Below are positions 1 to 13,950 of a stretch of DNA of 64,000 bases, in pieces. Position 1 is the stretch's first letter. Every line of letters begins with the position of its first letter. A program made the position numbers and the translations under genes. The notes below the pieces were generated by a model. The model saw nothing but the letters and a program-made list of their open reading frames with translations, was not told the DNA's origin and searched no databases. The stretch spans positions 34,410,001 through 34,474,000 of the forward strand of contig OX597833.1 of assembly GCA_951406725.2 (NCBI GenBank). Direction: 5' to 3'. Origin of the DNA: Octopus vulgaris (taxonomy: Eukaryota).

Positions 1-1678
1 CTATGTCAACAAAAGCTAAGCACAGAGGTTTATCTTTGGCTAGGTATTTCTCCTGCAGCTGTCTTACCAGAAATATAGCATCAGTGGTGCTTTACCCTGG
101 CACAAATCCAAACTGCATCTCATCTAGACTGACTCTCTCCCAAATTAGTTGGGCTATGACCCTCTCTGTGACTTTCATTACCTGATCCAACAACTTGATA
201 CCGCTGTAATTATTTGTATTTAATGTGTCACCTTTACCTTTGTAGCAGTTGACTATGATGCTGCTACAGCAGTAATTGGGGTATGACTCTTTCATGTATC
301 ACCTGGTTGACTATACAACTAGACTATAGTTGACACTGCCAGATATTTTAAGCATCTCTGCAGTGATTCCTGGTGGGCCAGGGGCTTTCCCTGTCTTCAT
401 ACCATTAATTGCTTTATCTACGAAGATACTGTCAATTTGAATAGCTCTGTTGGGTCGACATTTGGCAGACTCTCTTTCTCCCATTCATTCTCTTCATTTA
501 GCAACCTTTCATAGTGGCATCTCCAAATCTCTCTCTTTGCAGCCTCGTTAAATGCAAGTGAGCCATCATCCATGCGGATATATTTTTCTATGACATCACG
601 ATTCTCTCACACACTGTCTTGTAACACAAAACACTTCAAGTCTTTGGTCCTGACGATGCAGAACATTGGCAAATTTCTTCCTTTTCTGTTTCCCCTCTGG
701 CAATCTGATACAATTCCCTAGCTTCCCTTCTGGCAATCTGATACAATTCCCTGGTACCACTGTTCTTCTATGCCTGTTTCTTTACCCTACTGGCCCTGTC
801 AACCACATTGTTCCACCACCACGTTACCTTGGGTCGAGAGGGGACTTTGCACCATCCACAGATCTGGTCAGTAACCTTCAACAGGTTGTCCCATAGGAAC
901 CTCCAGTTGGCTTCCACATCATGTGAAGCTATATCCCCCTCTATTTCATCAAAAGCTTTGAGTAATATGTCTTTAAATCTCTGTCCATTCGCAGGATCCT
1001 TAAGCTTCCAGACCCTTCTCTTCCATGCTAGTCATCTTCTGGGCATACATTTAGCCCTGATCCTGAAGTCACTATGTTGTGGTGTGCATTCTTCATCTGG
1101 GTAGGTTTTGGCATTTGTAAGTAGCCATCTTACCTGTTTCCTGGTGATGATGTAATCAATTTGACTAGTGTGTCCACCAGAATGGTAGGTAAATAGGTGA
1201 CTAGCAGGTTTCCTGAAGTTAGTATTACAAACCAGCAGCCTGGTTCCCTCATTGCGGGAAAGAAAACCATAGCCTCCATGTACGCCACAGAAGCCCCCTG
1301 CAAGTTATCCAACATGCCCACTGAAGTTGCCAGCCACAACCAGAAGATCCCTGTCATTCGTCAATGCGGTAGTCTGCAAGAGGGTGTCATAAAATCGGTC
1401 TTTCTGTTCATCAGGTAGCCCTGGCTGAGGGGCTTAAGCCAAGATAATGGTTGCTAACCCATGTTGCAGCACTAATCTAATCTTAAGTATTCTATCACAG
1501 ACTCTGACTACCTCGATTACCTTATCAACCCATTTCTCTGCAAGAAGTATACCCACATCCCCCAACCTTGTCAGTGTTCCCTGTCCAGAAAATCTTATAC
1601 CTATGTTCTTTGCCTGTGAGGAAGCCAGCAGAACTTCTTCTCCACCTTACTTCTTGGATGCAGCACAAATCTACACAT
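1..1678 (-). mobile_element. Degenerate RTE-clade LINE fragment (AP endonuclease to RT N-terminus), running off the window edge
   Basis: Minus-strand translation gives VDLCCIQEVRW...KIFWTGN...VGILLAEKWVDKVIEVVRVCDRILKIRL (APE) near 1450-1678 and IVNCYKGKGD...NYSGIKLLDQVMKVTERVI...QFGFVPG (RT) at 92-295; many stops and frameshifts. Confidence 0.85.
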
Positions 1679-4056
1679 TTCTCTATATATAGTATTTATC
1701 TCTTACCAGATGGTGTACTTATTTTGTCAATCTTACAATCATGAAGCAGTACACTGTGTGTTGTGTCTCTGTATCTGTCCCCCACCACCACTTGACAACC
1801 AGTATTGATGTGTTTATGTCCCCATAATGTAATGGTTCAGCAAAAGAGACTGATAGAGTGAGTATTGAGTAAAAAAAAAAAAAAGTATTGTGGTTGATTC
1901 ATTTGATGAAAAATTCTTCAAGGTGGTGCTCCAGCATAGCCACAGTCTAATGACTGAAACAAGGAAAACAGGTATGAAAATAAATGGCAAACACTTATCT
2001 CATTGCCAATGAGTATTGATCTATGAATTGACCTCAGAACTACAGAAAATGCTACAAGACAACCATGATAGCAGCAAGCTTAAATATGCACTTAAGGAAA
2101 ACTAAAGTCATATGCAAGTCCACTGCAAAAAAAAAAAATGGAGAGCAGCATTAGCATCAACAAGAGACGCATTCAGAAATTTATGTCTACATTTACCTGA
2201 GACAGTTGGTGACAAAAGACTGTCAGCAAGAGCAGGAGATGTGAAGTAGAATCAGCCTGAGCTGGATTGCCTTTGGCAACACTAGACTCCATCATGAGAA
2301 ATAGAAGCATGCCATTAAGGTTTATAAAGAAAGCACCTAGTTAGTGAAACTTGGTTACTGAACGAAGATCAATCCCAACCCAATGCAAAATGGAATGTCT
2401 AATGTTGGGACTGACATTGCATGGCAAAAGATGGATCAAATGAAAAACGGGAGTTATTGACATATTTCACAAAATCAAGTGGTAGAAGCACAAGCAGGTG
2501 ATGGAATGGCCATTGTGACTACATGTATTCAAGAGAACATCCAAAACTAAGATGATTTTGACCAAGCTACATGTCTAAACTGGAAGCAAGTAGCCAAAGA
2601 TAGATGGTGTTGAGGGAACTAAAGAGAGGTCCTTACAGTTGCAGAAACATGTATCCTGTTGATGATATAGAAAAATATATTTGTACAGACAGCTCTAACC
2701 CATATCAAAATTTGACAAAAAAATATGTGTTAAAATATTGAGATAATGTTAGGAACATTAAAAAGATAACTGGAAGTATACAGAGCAGAAATAAAACTAT
2801 TAGTCCAGGGAAAGAGAGAGAAACTTTAATGTAGAAATTTCAATGGTTCTATAGTCCAAGATTTTGAGAACTGAGGGTCAAGAAAGAGTTTTGTTATCAA
2901 TATGCAAGAGAAAATGGTAATAGAATGTCATCAGAGAAAATTTTGGAAAAAGGATGTGTAAATGTCGTTTGGCTTAAGTATTGTTCCATAAAGATCAATG
3001 AAGGACCTTACATAAAAGAAACTCTTGAAATGGATAGTTTAAGCATTTAATTTCAGCAGAATACCTAATCAAAAGGTTTAGTTGTCACAAATCAAAAACA
3101 TCTATCTGGTCACTGGAACACCATGTTGGGTGATGTAATCATACACTGTATGTGAATAGACGATGAGGTAGTAACTGTTGGAATGTTTTCGATCAATGTA
3201 TTTATTAGATGAGGACTGACCTGGGACTAAACAACATCTCAGCTGATTGTTGTTTAACTCACTCCAAGTCTAACAATGATAATGTAGACATGAAGGAATG
3301 TATCTTTATTGAAAAGAAAAAAAAAAAGACCGAAAGAGGAGCAAAAGACTTCGTTAAGAATTGAACTAATTGAAACCCAAGGTTGGAATGTCTATTGATT
3401 AGGGTTGATCTTGAACCAAACATTTCAGTTAACACCCAGAAAAATGGTTGTCATATTTCAGAAGAAAATGTGGGTTTAATTGTTCTTTGCAAATTCGAAT
3501 ATTTTTACGAGTTTTAAAAATATTCTACAGTTAGATAGTGCAATGACTAGAAGATTAAAGGACTGGTGAAGAATTCAAGCTTTAAAAACAGCTGTTACAA
3601 AGTTCAGAAATAAGGTTTATTCTCGAAATGAAAACCGGAAATTAACTTCTATTTTCTGTCACAATGTATCATATTAATGGACTAAAATATTCCCTTCACC
3701 TACAACGCCCGAGAAACTCGATCATTTCATTGTTTAACAACGAAAATAGAGAAATTTTAATGATCTTACAATTTTAAAAATGCCAGCAAACTGGGAAACT
3801 ATATTGCAATTGATATTTTTTTTAAAAAAAAAAAAGACAAAATTGAAGTAAATTTATGGATGATTAACAATAAATAATATACTATGATGAAAATAACTTG
3901 TATTTAGTACCGAGTTAAGTCCCTGTATGACAGACCCTAAACAATTCGATTGTGATAAATAATATAGCGAGGTCTATATAATCAGATCTTTCAATCTGGT
4001 AGCCATATAATTGACTAAAGCCAATGAAAATGAAATACAAAGTTCGTGGTAATAGA

Positions 4057-4270
4057 ATTGTACACCAACATTTCGTTGATCTTCATGATCAAGACATCCA
4101 CACACAAAATGTGGAAAATATGTGGATGCTGGTGAAACGGAAGTTGAGATGATAGTTTGGGACATCGGACGAATTGCTTGTTTAATAAATGCAGCAGATT
4201 TTCTGGCATAATCCCACTGAAAAAAAGAAGACATTTGTTCACTTTTTGGCGGCGATCGCCAGTCTTTATG
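4057..4270 (+). pseudogene. Merlin/IS1595 (ISXO2-like) DDE transposase C-terminal remnant
   Basis: Frame from 4057 reads IVHQHFVDLHDQDIHTQNVENMWMLVKRKLR**FGTSDELL, matching the HFVDP..HTQxIExxW..KR.....GTS motif of Merlin transposases; interrupted by stops. Confidence 0.7.
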
Positions 4271-4334
4271 CTGTATAAAAAGCTGCTTCTTTTACTATTA
4301 ATCTCCCCTTAATTTTATTTATTTTTATATATAA

Positions 4335-5370
4335 CTAGCAGCTAAGCCCAGTTTCACTCGTTTGGTCAGTTTGGATGATGTGGCTGTGATCCTTTTCGGT
4401 TAGGCATAATCTATAACAGCGTTTCTCAACCTTATCATTTCAGGCCCCACCGTTTCGACTGGAGCCTCCAGCTGTATGAAAATTTCCTGACCCCACCCCT
4501 TGTCAGAAAACAGCTTCAGGAGTTGTGAAGAACAAATTTGTACATAGTCTATTTCTGAGAGCTATTCTATTTGACCTCTGTCTAATCATTAAAACACTGA
4601 TTTAATTATGAACACAGAAAGAAATTATACATTAATCCCTATTGTTGTAAGCAGTTGTATCCATAAAAAATTTTACTTGCAGAGAGCAGAAATTGAAAGA
4701 AGATATATGAAATGGACGTGTGTGCATGCTTGCGCGTGTATATGTGAGAGAAAGAGATAGAGTGAGTGAAGGTGTGTGTTGTGATGATTGACGTCTTTTA
4801 AGGTACACACACATAGAAAATGTGAGGTCATCATATAAAATTTTTACGATAGTTGATTTATGGAAAAGATTGTTAAATTTTTGAAATGCAAATATGTGAA
4901 TGAAAATTAAGTTCAGACCTCTACATGGTAGGTAGACCTGGTAGAAATAGCAGCCAAATCTCCTTCAAAACACCCTACTCTCTTAATCTGACAATTCTGC
5001 CTATTATGTAGCTTGAATGAGAAACTGTAACTAAAGATTAAGATTATTAACCCCACAAAGAGGTGAAAGAAGAAAGACAGCATAGCGAAAGTTTTGGTTG
5101 ACTGTCATCCCGTACTCCCCTTGTTGCTAGCGAAATGGTATATGCTGGCTGTGTGAGCAACCGGTTGTTTTAATGACAGAACAAACGGAAATTCCATTAG
5201 AAAAAGTTTTAATCAATTTTCTCGGTAACTATGGGGGCTAGGAAAAAAATACAAACTGCATTCCAATCTATGCACCCGTCTCCACATGTGTGCCATTTTT
5301 CACACGAATCCACCCAGCTGTTTGGCTGTGAACCTCAAGACAAGAAAGAATACAATTTAAATTATAAACT
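4335..5370 (-). mobile_element. Possible old non-autonomous Helitron
   Basis: a|CTAGcagctaagcccagtttcactcg at 4335 resembles the CTAG+hairpin 3' end of the Helitron copy at 44561; the other end is only approximate. Confidence 0.35.
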
Positions 5371-5686
5371 AAACTGAACAATTACCCAGGATGGTTATAT
5401 TGAAAAAGTAATATATTAGAGTGACATTATTAACGTATATATCATAGTAAAAAATGATTTGAAGTGTTCTAAAGTTCGTTGTACAAACTTTTAATCCACC
5501 TTGATACAAAAAAAAAATTAACAGAGGAGAAATGGTAAAATGGGGCAAAAGCTGCGTAATTAATTTCATATACAAGAGTTAGTAGCATAGGGAAGAAGAA
5601 TTTTGGAAAAATTTCCGTTAAAACGGAGAAAATCCAACTTATGTCGGCATCCTGATCTGAAAGACTGCTATAAAATTTTAAATGTA

Positions 5687-6954
5687 CGAAGGACGTTCAA
5701 TAAGTAATGCCTCTGACCCACTTGCAGTTGTTTGATCTAGCTGAAATTTTGCATGTGCAATCATTTATATCTCTATAGAGTAAGTGGCAAATTACAGCAC
5801 TGAATTAATTGTGGTTTCTGATTTACAGGTGTTTGAACCGAGTCAAGTGTTAAATGGAGCCTGTTGAGTGTCGAGCAGTGATCCGGTTTTTGTATTTGAA
5901 AGGATGCACACCACGGGAGACTTTTGATGAAATGAAAGTAACTTATGGTGATGATGCCCCATCATATGACCTTGTAAAACGTTGGCATCGTGAATTCAAA
6001 CATGGTCGGAACTCTGTGGAAACAGCTCCCAGATCTGGTCGCCCCCTTCTGCCATTGATGAGGCATCTGTCCGTCAAGTTGAGGCTGCCATTTTGGAAGA
6101 TCGACGCATAACTATTCGCCAAATAGCCCATGAGGTCAAGATTAGTACCGGGTCTGTGGAAACTATCATTCATGACCATTTGCATATGCAAAAGGTATCT
6201 GCCAGATGGATTCCCAGGTTGCTCACGCCTTTCCAGAAGCAAGAACGCGTTGAGTGCTCGAGGGTGAATTTGGAGATGTGCCAAGAAGATGAATCAAAAT
6301 TTTTCAAAAGACTGATTACACAGGATGAAACCTGAGTCCATCACGATGATCCAGAGACCAAAGCCCAGTCAATGCAGTGGAAGCACCGTGACTCACCCCC
6401 TCCAAAGAAGGCAAAGGTGCAGCCCTCCGCTGGCAAGGTCATGCTCACAGTCTTCTGGGACCAGGACGGAGTAGTGATGACAGATTTCCTGGCAAAGGGT
6501 ACCACAATTGCAGGAGCCTATTATGCTTCACTTTTGAGGAAATTAAGAGAAGTTATCAAAATCAAGAGGCGGGGCAAGATCAGCAAAGGCATCCTCCTCC
6601 TGCAGGACAACGCTCCGGTCCACAACTCGCTTCTCGCCAGATCAGAAGCACAGGCATATGGCTATGAATTCCTCCCCCATCCCCCTACTTTCCTCACCTC
6701 TTCCCAGTCATGAAGTTGTTTTTGAAAAGAAAGCGTTTCCCAGATGATGCAGCCTTGATTTCTGAAGTCGCGTTCAGGTTGGAGGAGCAAGCTGGGGTCT
6801 TCTATAAAAATGGTCTCCAGAGCTGCATCAAACAATGGGAGAAATGTGTAACTGGGTGGTTCCTATGTAGAAAAAGACTAATAACTGTGCCAAGTTTCGT
6901 TGCTCTACTGCTATGGGAAGTGGGTCAGGGGCATTACTTATTGAACGCCCCTTG
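5687..6954 (+). mobile_element. Full-length but defective mariner transposon (about 1.27 kb)
   Basis: TA duplications at 5685-5686 and 6955-6956; about 37-bp TIRs (CGAAGGACGTTCAATAAGTAATGCCTCTGACCCACTT vs CAAGGGGCGTTCAATAAGTAATGCCCCTGACCCACTT); frameshifted transposase 5854-6870 with WIPRLL, TQDET and LLQDNAPVH; the YSPDLAPSD segment carrying the third catalytic Asp is deleted. Confidence 0.95.
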
Positions 6955-7502
6955 TAATTCATTGTGTATACTGTAGATAGAGAAAAACTGCGGCGCAATT
7001 ATATTCGAAATAGTTGAAGTATCGGAACAGCTTTTAAATCATTCTTTAAATAACGAAGTCTTCAAAATAAACAAAAATTCCATTTTAAAACACGTGCAAT
7101 GTGACCTTCTAATGTAATTTTAGATAAATATGCTGGTTGCGAAGGCGACTGGTATACTTGTAAGTGGTTACAAGAAGAGGATGTCAACAAGATCGGTGGA
7201 TCTGTTACAATGAACAAGTGTCATTCATTCTTGAACTAAAAATATATTATCGAAGGATATTGCTGGATTAGCTGTTCAGCAACTTTGTACTGATCGGTCC
7301 TAGTTCTGCAGAGCCAAATGCATTCAAATACTAATATAATAAATTGCATATTTCATTGTTAATTAGTCCTACATCATTTGTATGTGAATAGTGCTTTTTT
7401 ATAAAAACTTTCCTAATGTAATTCAGTAGATAATTAGTGTTTAGACGAAATAAATTCAAACTAATCCACAAATGATTTGACTGTTATTCAAGATCTATAT
7501 TC

Positions 7503-8320
7503 AGCGGAGGGAAAGGACATGGACCCCACCTTTCGGTTTCTTTTTTGTTGGGGTTTTTTTCGATCTTTTTTTTTTCTTTTTTTTTTTTTTTTTGCAAAAT
7601 ACATAGAAAAATATGGAGATTATGATTCTGAAAAAAAATTTGTAAAATTTCAATTTTTCAAAAATAAATAAATATCATCCCCTCTACTCCGCCAGCGCAT
7701 TTTGACAGAAAGTGGACATGTGGTTGAGGGTCCCTTGGAATTAAGAGAAGTAAGTAAACAATTAGTTTTTTTGCACGTACACACACACACAACAGAATGA
7801 CATTAAAAAAATTCTTTCTTTTTTGGTAATTCGTATTTAGAAAGTGGATCTTCGGTTTGGCTGTTGTTTCTAGCTTGTCAAACTTTCCGGCTAGAGCGTA
7901 CATAAAAGTTGAAGATTTTGAAAACCCCCAAAACACGCTTTCAAAATTTTAATTTTCTCCTTCTCTACCCCTCTCCGGGAAATTAAAATTTTGAAAACGT
8001 GATTCGATGTTTAGCTGCTGTTTCTAGCATGTCGAGTTTTCTGTTTATAAACTTTTTACGTCTGCTATTTTAGTAGGAGGGGAGGGGTGTTTATGTACTC
8101 TCTTTCTCTCTTTTCTCTTTTACTTGTTTCAGTCATTTGACTGCGGCCATGCTGGAGCACCGCCTTTAATCGAGTAACTCGACCCCGGGACTTATTCTTT
8201 TGTAAGCCCAGTACTTATTCTATCGGTCTCTTTTGCCGAACCGCTAAGTGACGGGGACGTAAACACACCAGCATCGGTTGTCAAGCAATGCCTGGGGGAC
8301 AAACACAGACACACAAACAT

Positions 8321-8361
<41 letters not shown>

Positions 8362-8821
8362 TACGACAGGCTTCTTTCAGTTTCCGTCTACCAAATCCAC
8401 TCACAAGGCATTGGTCGGCCCGGGGCTATAGCAGAAGACACTTGCCCAAGATGCCACGCAGTGAGACTGAACCCGGAACCATGTGGTTGGTTAGCAAGCT
8501 ACTTACCACACAGCCACTCCTGCGCCTTTACTCTTTACTCTTTGTATTTATTTATTTTTTTTTTAATTGAAATTTTACAATTTTTCAGAATCATAATCTC
8601 CGTATTTTTCTACATATTTCACACACACACACACACACACACAAAATTCTTAAAATAGTGAAAAACTGGGCGATGGGAATATAAATTTTGAAATGCCGAT
8701 CTTTTTAACAGATTCGGAATCTCCGCAGTCGAAAAGATTTTTTTCCGTAGCAGGGGGGGGGGGGGAATGAAATAAAATAAATAACCGAAAGGGGGTGCGG
8801 TCCATGTCCTTTACCTCCGCC
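7503..8821. mobile_element. Non-autonomous DNA element with long imperfect TIRs (hAT-like), carrying a nested SINE
   Basis: Ends gcggagggaaaggacatggacc...tttcggtt and aaccgaaa...ggtccatgtcctttacctccgc are inverted; inner arms about 7598-7657 and 8564-8619 are also inverted; 8-bp direct repeat CTATATTC at 7495-7502 and 8822-8829; second copy at 30286-31035. Confidence 0.75.
8101..8527 (-). mobile_element. Young full-length tRNA-derived SINE (cephalopod OK/OR-like family) with internal (TA)n
   Basis: Minus-strand head AGGCGCAGGAGTGGCTGTGTGG (A box) ... GGTTCAGTCTC (B box); 3' tail gactgaaacaagtaaaagag; near-identical copy at 61205-61639; degenerate copies near 1750-1970, 9945-10290, 10450-10660, 17410-17570, 26420-26570, 33620-33880, 41390-41585 and 56350-56500. 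Confidence 0.85.
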
Positions 8822-9230
8822 CTATATTCCTCTGAAATACAATCTGGATTACAAAATTAATTACACCTTATCAAATGATAACATTTTAATTACGTCTCTT
8901 CTCCCATTTTATCAAAACAATAAACAAAAATGTAGAAATCAGGGAACTATATCCCATGAAATTGGAATAGATTTCGAAGAAAATCTCTACTGAAAAAAAC
9001 TTTGAAGACGTTGCTTTATCTGTGGCTGTATATGTGAATATTGATGTGTGCGCGCGAATGCCGTGTTTATGTTTCCGCTGGTTTCATGATATGTTGCTGT
9101 TACCATTGAGAACGGCAAGAATGTCATATATAAACTTGTCTCAATATGGGAGAAACCTCCACACCACACGAATTCCTGCACAGACAAAAAGCATTCAAAA
9201 ATCAGAACATATTATCCCGTTCACTTTGTC

Positions 9231-9524
9231 TCACTTAGGCGATGTAAGGTCCCGGATAGAAGGTCCAGTATTGCCTTGCTGTAGAAGTTGGTATTCCTGA
9301 AAACGCTGAGTAATTCGTTGTGTCATCTTTAAGTATTTCTCCATACAATTTATGGCACAAGAGCTTTCCTTATCCAACACTTGGCGAGTGGTGAAGTCAT
9401 TCACACAGTCTATAAAGCACATGGATGAGAGTTTGTTGTATGAAGATAAAAACTCACGAAATTGTTTCATCATCGTCTCTGTATCAGCCATTTCAGGGCT
9501 ACCGGTGGCTGCAGTCGTTTGCAT
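9231..9524 (-). CDS. TIMM9: Mitochondrial import inner membrane translocase subunit Tim9 (97 aa, single exon)
   Basis: Intact ORF with QFREFLSSYNKLSSMCFIDCVNDF...ESSCAINCMEKYLKMTQRITQRFQEYQ: twin CX3C motif plus the Tim9-typical sequence; GCC-ATG start context. Confidence 0.93.
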   Translation of the reverse strand: MQTTAATGSPEMADTETMMKQFREFLSSYNKLSSMCFIDCVNDFTTRQVLDKESSCAINCMEKYLKMTQRITQRFQEYQLLQQGNTGPSIRDLTSPK

Positions 9525-10670
9525 GGCTATTCTCTTTCCTTTTTTTATGTGTATTTAAGTTAAAGTTGATTCACAAATCCGTACACTGTAGTCTGACTAC
9601 AAAAATCGTTTAACTAGTACACTCAAAATGTGTAAAGTAAACAACGTATCTGTTTTAAACACAAAAGTATCAGAGACACAATACAAACGATAAAGTCGAC
9701 CTTGACGTTTTCTCTGATTTTCGCTCCCACATGCGGTGACGAATGGCTGCTTGGTTATCTCCCTTGTTAAACCTGAAACGGTGTCGATTATATGTGCATA
9801 TGTCAATGGATTTTGGAAAGTATTGAGCTTCGGATATTCTAGTCTGCACTTAAATTTCGAAATTCGTTTGAGTCAATTAGGAAAAATTATTCACTCATTT
9901 TTATTTTATATCAAACTAAGAAATTTTTGTAAACAATAATAACGCAGGCGTGACTGTGCAGTAAGAAATTTGCTTTTCAACCACATGGTTTCAGGTTCAA
10001 TCCCTATGCGTGACACGTTGGGCAACTTTTTTCTGCTATAGACTAAAGCCGACCAAAGCCTTGTGAGTGGATTTGATAGACAGAAACTGAAAGAAGCCCG
10101 TCGTATAATGTGTGTGTGTGTGTTTAGCCTCCATCGACACTTAATCCTTCGCAGTTTGTTGACGCCCCTGTAACTTAGCTGCTGGGCAAAAAGTGAATGA
10201 CAGAATAAGTACCAAACTTGAAACATATGCACTGGGATCATTTGTTCGACTAAACCCATTAGGGTAGTGCCCTAGCAATGGCTAGAACAAGAAAGAAAGT
10301 AATAGGGCCATTGATTACAGATTTCCATCTATTGGTTTACTGAATAAACAAAGGAGTAACAAAAGCGGAACAATAGCTATATGATATTTTAATTCGAAAA
10401 CACCGGCCATTTTTTTATTGTGTTATGTATCTATCTATCTGTCTGTCTGTCTTCTTTTACTTGTTTCAGTCATTTGATTGCGGTCATGATGCCATCTTGG
10501 AGGGTTTTGGTTGAACAAATCAACCCCAGGACTCATTTCTTAAGCAAAGTACTTATTCTATCGGTCTCTTTAGCCGAAACGCTAGCTAACAGGGATGTAA
10601 ACACACCAACACCAGTTGTCAAGTAGTAATGTGGGGTACAAACACAGACACACACACTGATATATGCATA

Positions 10671-13600
10671 TGTTGTTTGAGGGAAATAAGAAACAATTTG
10701 CCTACCTTCTTGTCATCTGCCAGTCAGCTGTCCTCAATCCATAACTCACCCAGCTGGCACACCTAACAAAAGCAGATACTAGTACCTGTCCCTATCGGCT
10801 CGCTCACCTCACATCCATTCGTCATGAGCACCCAAGGCAAAAGAAGATGACCCTGGTCTTCCTACCCTCATTTCCTCTCTCACCCTTCCTGTTCTGATCA
10901 AACCCCTTAACTGTTGATGTCACAGCCTCTTCCTTCCAGCTCATCTCATCCCCACATGCCTCCCTGATCTCAAAGATCACCTCCTCACTTTACTCCACGT
11001 CAAAATCTGCCACCCACCTGGGTGAACACCTCACACTGTGATCTCCATAGGAGGGTAATCACGTTCTCTTCTTCTCCTCCACCTGCATTGTCTGATGAAG
11101 TGGCAAACATCCAAGACGTGACACGGCATTCCCTCCATAGAAGCATTATTTTTGGAGTTAACAGTTGTCTGTTCCACTGAGATGTGCAGCGTGCCTTCGG
11201 GGGCTTGACCCAGACTTCATCTCCCACCTCTATGAAGACAGGCTTTCTCTCTTCCACAGGACATTTTGATGGTTTACTCAGATGCTGTCATTCATATATG
11301 AACATCGCTCTGTGTGGTACAGACTCTTCAGCCTATCCTGATTGGGGCAACATATTGTACCAGAACACTGCTTACAGCGGCAAGATGTATCCCCTCTCCA
11401 CCATGGCCTTCATCATTTGATGATGTCTTCTCATGATCCCATTTCCACTCAGCCTGTACGCTTCTCTGAAGAAGTGATGCACATTCCACTTACCAAGAAA
11501 CTCCTTCAGTGTCTCTGAATGAAATGCAGTTCTATTGTCCATCAGCAATTCATCCACAGGGGCCCACTCCAGGAATATGTTGTTCAAGATATGTGCAATC
11601 TTGTCTGCAGTGCCTCTCTTCAATTCCTTCCAAATGGTCATCTAACCCAGCCCACAGTCAACCATCGAGAGATATATCCCCTGCCAGTTGTGTGTCATAT
11701 TCTCTGCCAATCGTCTCCAGTTGTGCTCTACCAGAATGTTTCCCTGCTCGTGCACACCCAGAGCAGGGTCAATGGATTGACACCTATCCACAATTCTTGA
11801 CCACCTTTTGGATGCTCTGCCATGTGACATCGGCATCAATCCTCCTGGCAAGATACAGAGTTCTATCCACTCCTATATGATGCATGGCATGCAGTCTCCT
11901 TAGCTCCAAGTCACTTAACCAACACACTGCAGCTATCCCCTGCTTCAAATCTTCCAGCTCTGCCTACTAGGCCTTTTTAACCCTGGTTAGAACGTCTGCC
12001 TTGATCCTTTCTGAAGGCACAAATTCTATGCTCAGCTTCAAACCAAATTTGGCAGCTAGGTGGTGCTTTAAAAACATATCTGCTGCCCCTGTGGTTCAAA
12101 CCCTCTTTTCATCAGTGATCACTGGTCCTAACCAGCCAAGCATGGTGGCCGAATCGGTTCAGATTTTGATGGAGTGCAGCCCCTATTTCAGGGCCAAATT
12201 CCCTACCTTCAGCACTGTATCCAACTCAGCCACATTGATGTGGTTCTAATCATCAGCTTTTTGAAGCCAGGCTTGTCCTCCACTTTGATGCCTCCGATTT
12301 GCAGTACAACACTTATCTGTATGCTGCTAGCATCACACCATACGGTCCCATTCTCCAATTTGGGCACGTACCTGTTACCTCTTACTGGGTCTTCTGCTCT
12401 TGTCCGCTGTAGGATCTTCCGCATTATCACCACTATTTCCTCTCCCTCTTTGTCTCCCCAGTTTACTCCTTCTGCTCATCACCTGATGTAGCTGCATGCT
12501 GTCCTCAGCCACCCTGCAATTGGGTAGTGTTCCACAAGCCTCCCACATATCAAGAATAGTTCTCTCATGCTGATGCTGGTACCCAGTTCTGGGATCTTAT
12601 TTCCTCTGAGGTTTTATCTCTATGAAGCTTGAGCCCCAGTGTTGCTCGTCCAACCATTGATTCCAGTGGCTTTGCAATCAGCCTGAACTTCTTAAGGTGA
12701 TATACATCTGTGGCAGACACTACAGACTCATCTACCAAGATGTCATCTATATCGGAATTGGTGGCCCTTCTTATCCTGTTCACCTTTCCCAGGATAGACT
12801 TGAGCACTGTCTCCATGATCTTCGGCATGGAATTTAGCCCAAAACCCAGCCTAGTCAAACAGTATGCCTGGCCCTTCTATTGCACCAGCTGATACTGCCA
12901 GTTTCTCACTTGCATGGAGCTACAAATATGCCGATTTCAAGTTGACAATCATCATTGCCCTTGTCATATGTTTCCACTCGCACAGTGTCACACTGCAGAC
13001 ATCAGTTGCCTCACCACCTATGTGGCACAATATATGGCCATTCATCTCCTGAAAGTCCAGTACCAGCCTGACTTTGCTCTTTGTTGGCTGCACCACTGAC
13101 ATTAGTGGTAGCACTCCACTCACCACCTCCTCCTTCCATGGGATAAGGACACCTTCTTTAATCTACTTCTGTACCTCTCCTTCAAACCCACTCCTGGCAT
13201 GTCCTTCAAGGTATGCTGATAGCAGCTCAGCCTGTTCTTCAGTATCTGTGGCTCCTCTTTTCAGTATCACTCTACCATCCACCACTGGCCATCAAACACC
13301 ACCCAAAAATTCTTGTCCTCAATGGTATAAGCAGTACAGTCCCTCGCACGGCTCTGCTCCCTCTCATGTAGTAGACTCATGGCACATGACGCCCCTGCAC
13401 CACCAAATGAAACCACATCTCCACCAACACTGACACCTCCAGCGTGGTTGATTGCATCCATCCCTATCACCATGTCAACCCCATCTACCATATGGTCAAT
13501 CACAATCACCTGCTGCCTCAGTGTTGTGCCTCACACCGCTATCTCCATGTCGCAGCTACCCTTACATTCAATCTCACTGCTGTCCACCGCCCAAACATTA

Positions 13601-13950
13601 CTTGTCCCCTTCCATTTTTTTGTCATGTGAGATGTCATACAGCCCATATCTACACAGACTCTGAATGCTTTTTTCCCAACTGAGACTTCCACAATGAGCA
13701 ACTGCATGAGCACCTCTACTCACTAACATGGGAAGTTTGAGAGGCAGCAACTTCTCCCTGGCTGCAATTTCAAGTGATATGCCCAGTTTGCCTTCACTAG
13801 TAGCAAACAGGTCTGGGCTTCATCTCCACACAGTCCTTTACCATGTGCAGCCCTTGGCACTTAAAGCACTGGCTCTTGAACAGATGCTGTCGCTCCAAGA
13901 CAGTTTTCTTCTCCCCATTCTGATTAATAAGGGTATCATGAACAGCATCA
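10671..13950 (-). mobile_element. Degenerate Ty3/Gypsy LTR retrotransposon (gag-PR-RT-RH-IN) with probable 3' LTR at the left end
   Basis: Minus-strand fragments in Gypsy order: zinc knuckle CFKCQGLHMVKDC, protease VCVDMGC, RT LGFGLNSMPKIM...DIDDILV, RNase H WCDAS, integrase CQSIDP / DNRTAF / YRLSGNGIMRRHH; left boundary starts TGT. Confidence 0.85.

Noticed and set aside
8440-8527. tRNA gene
   Set aside because: The A and B boxes belong to a SINE head that continues into a repeated body; no clean cloverleaf was seen.
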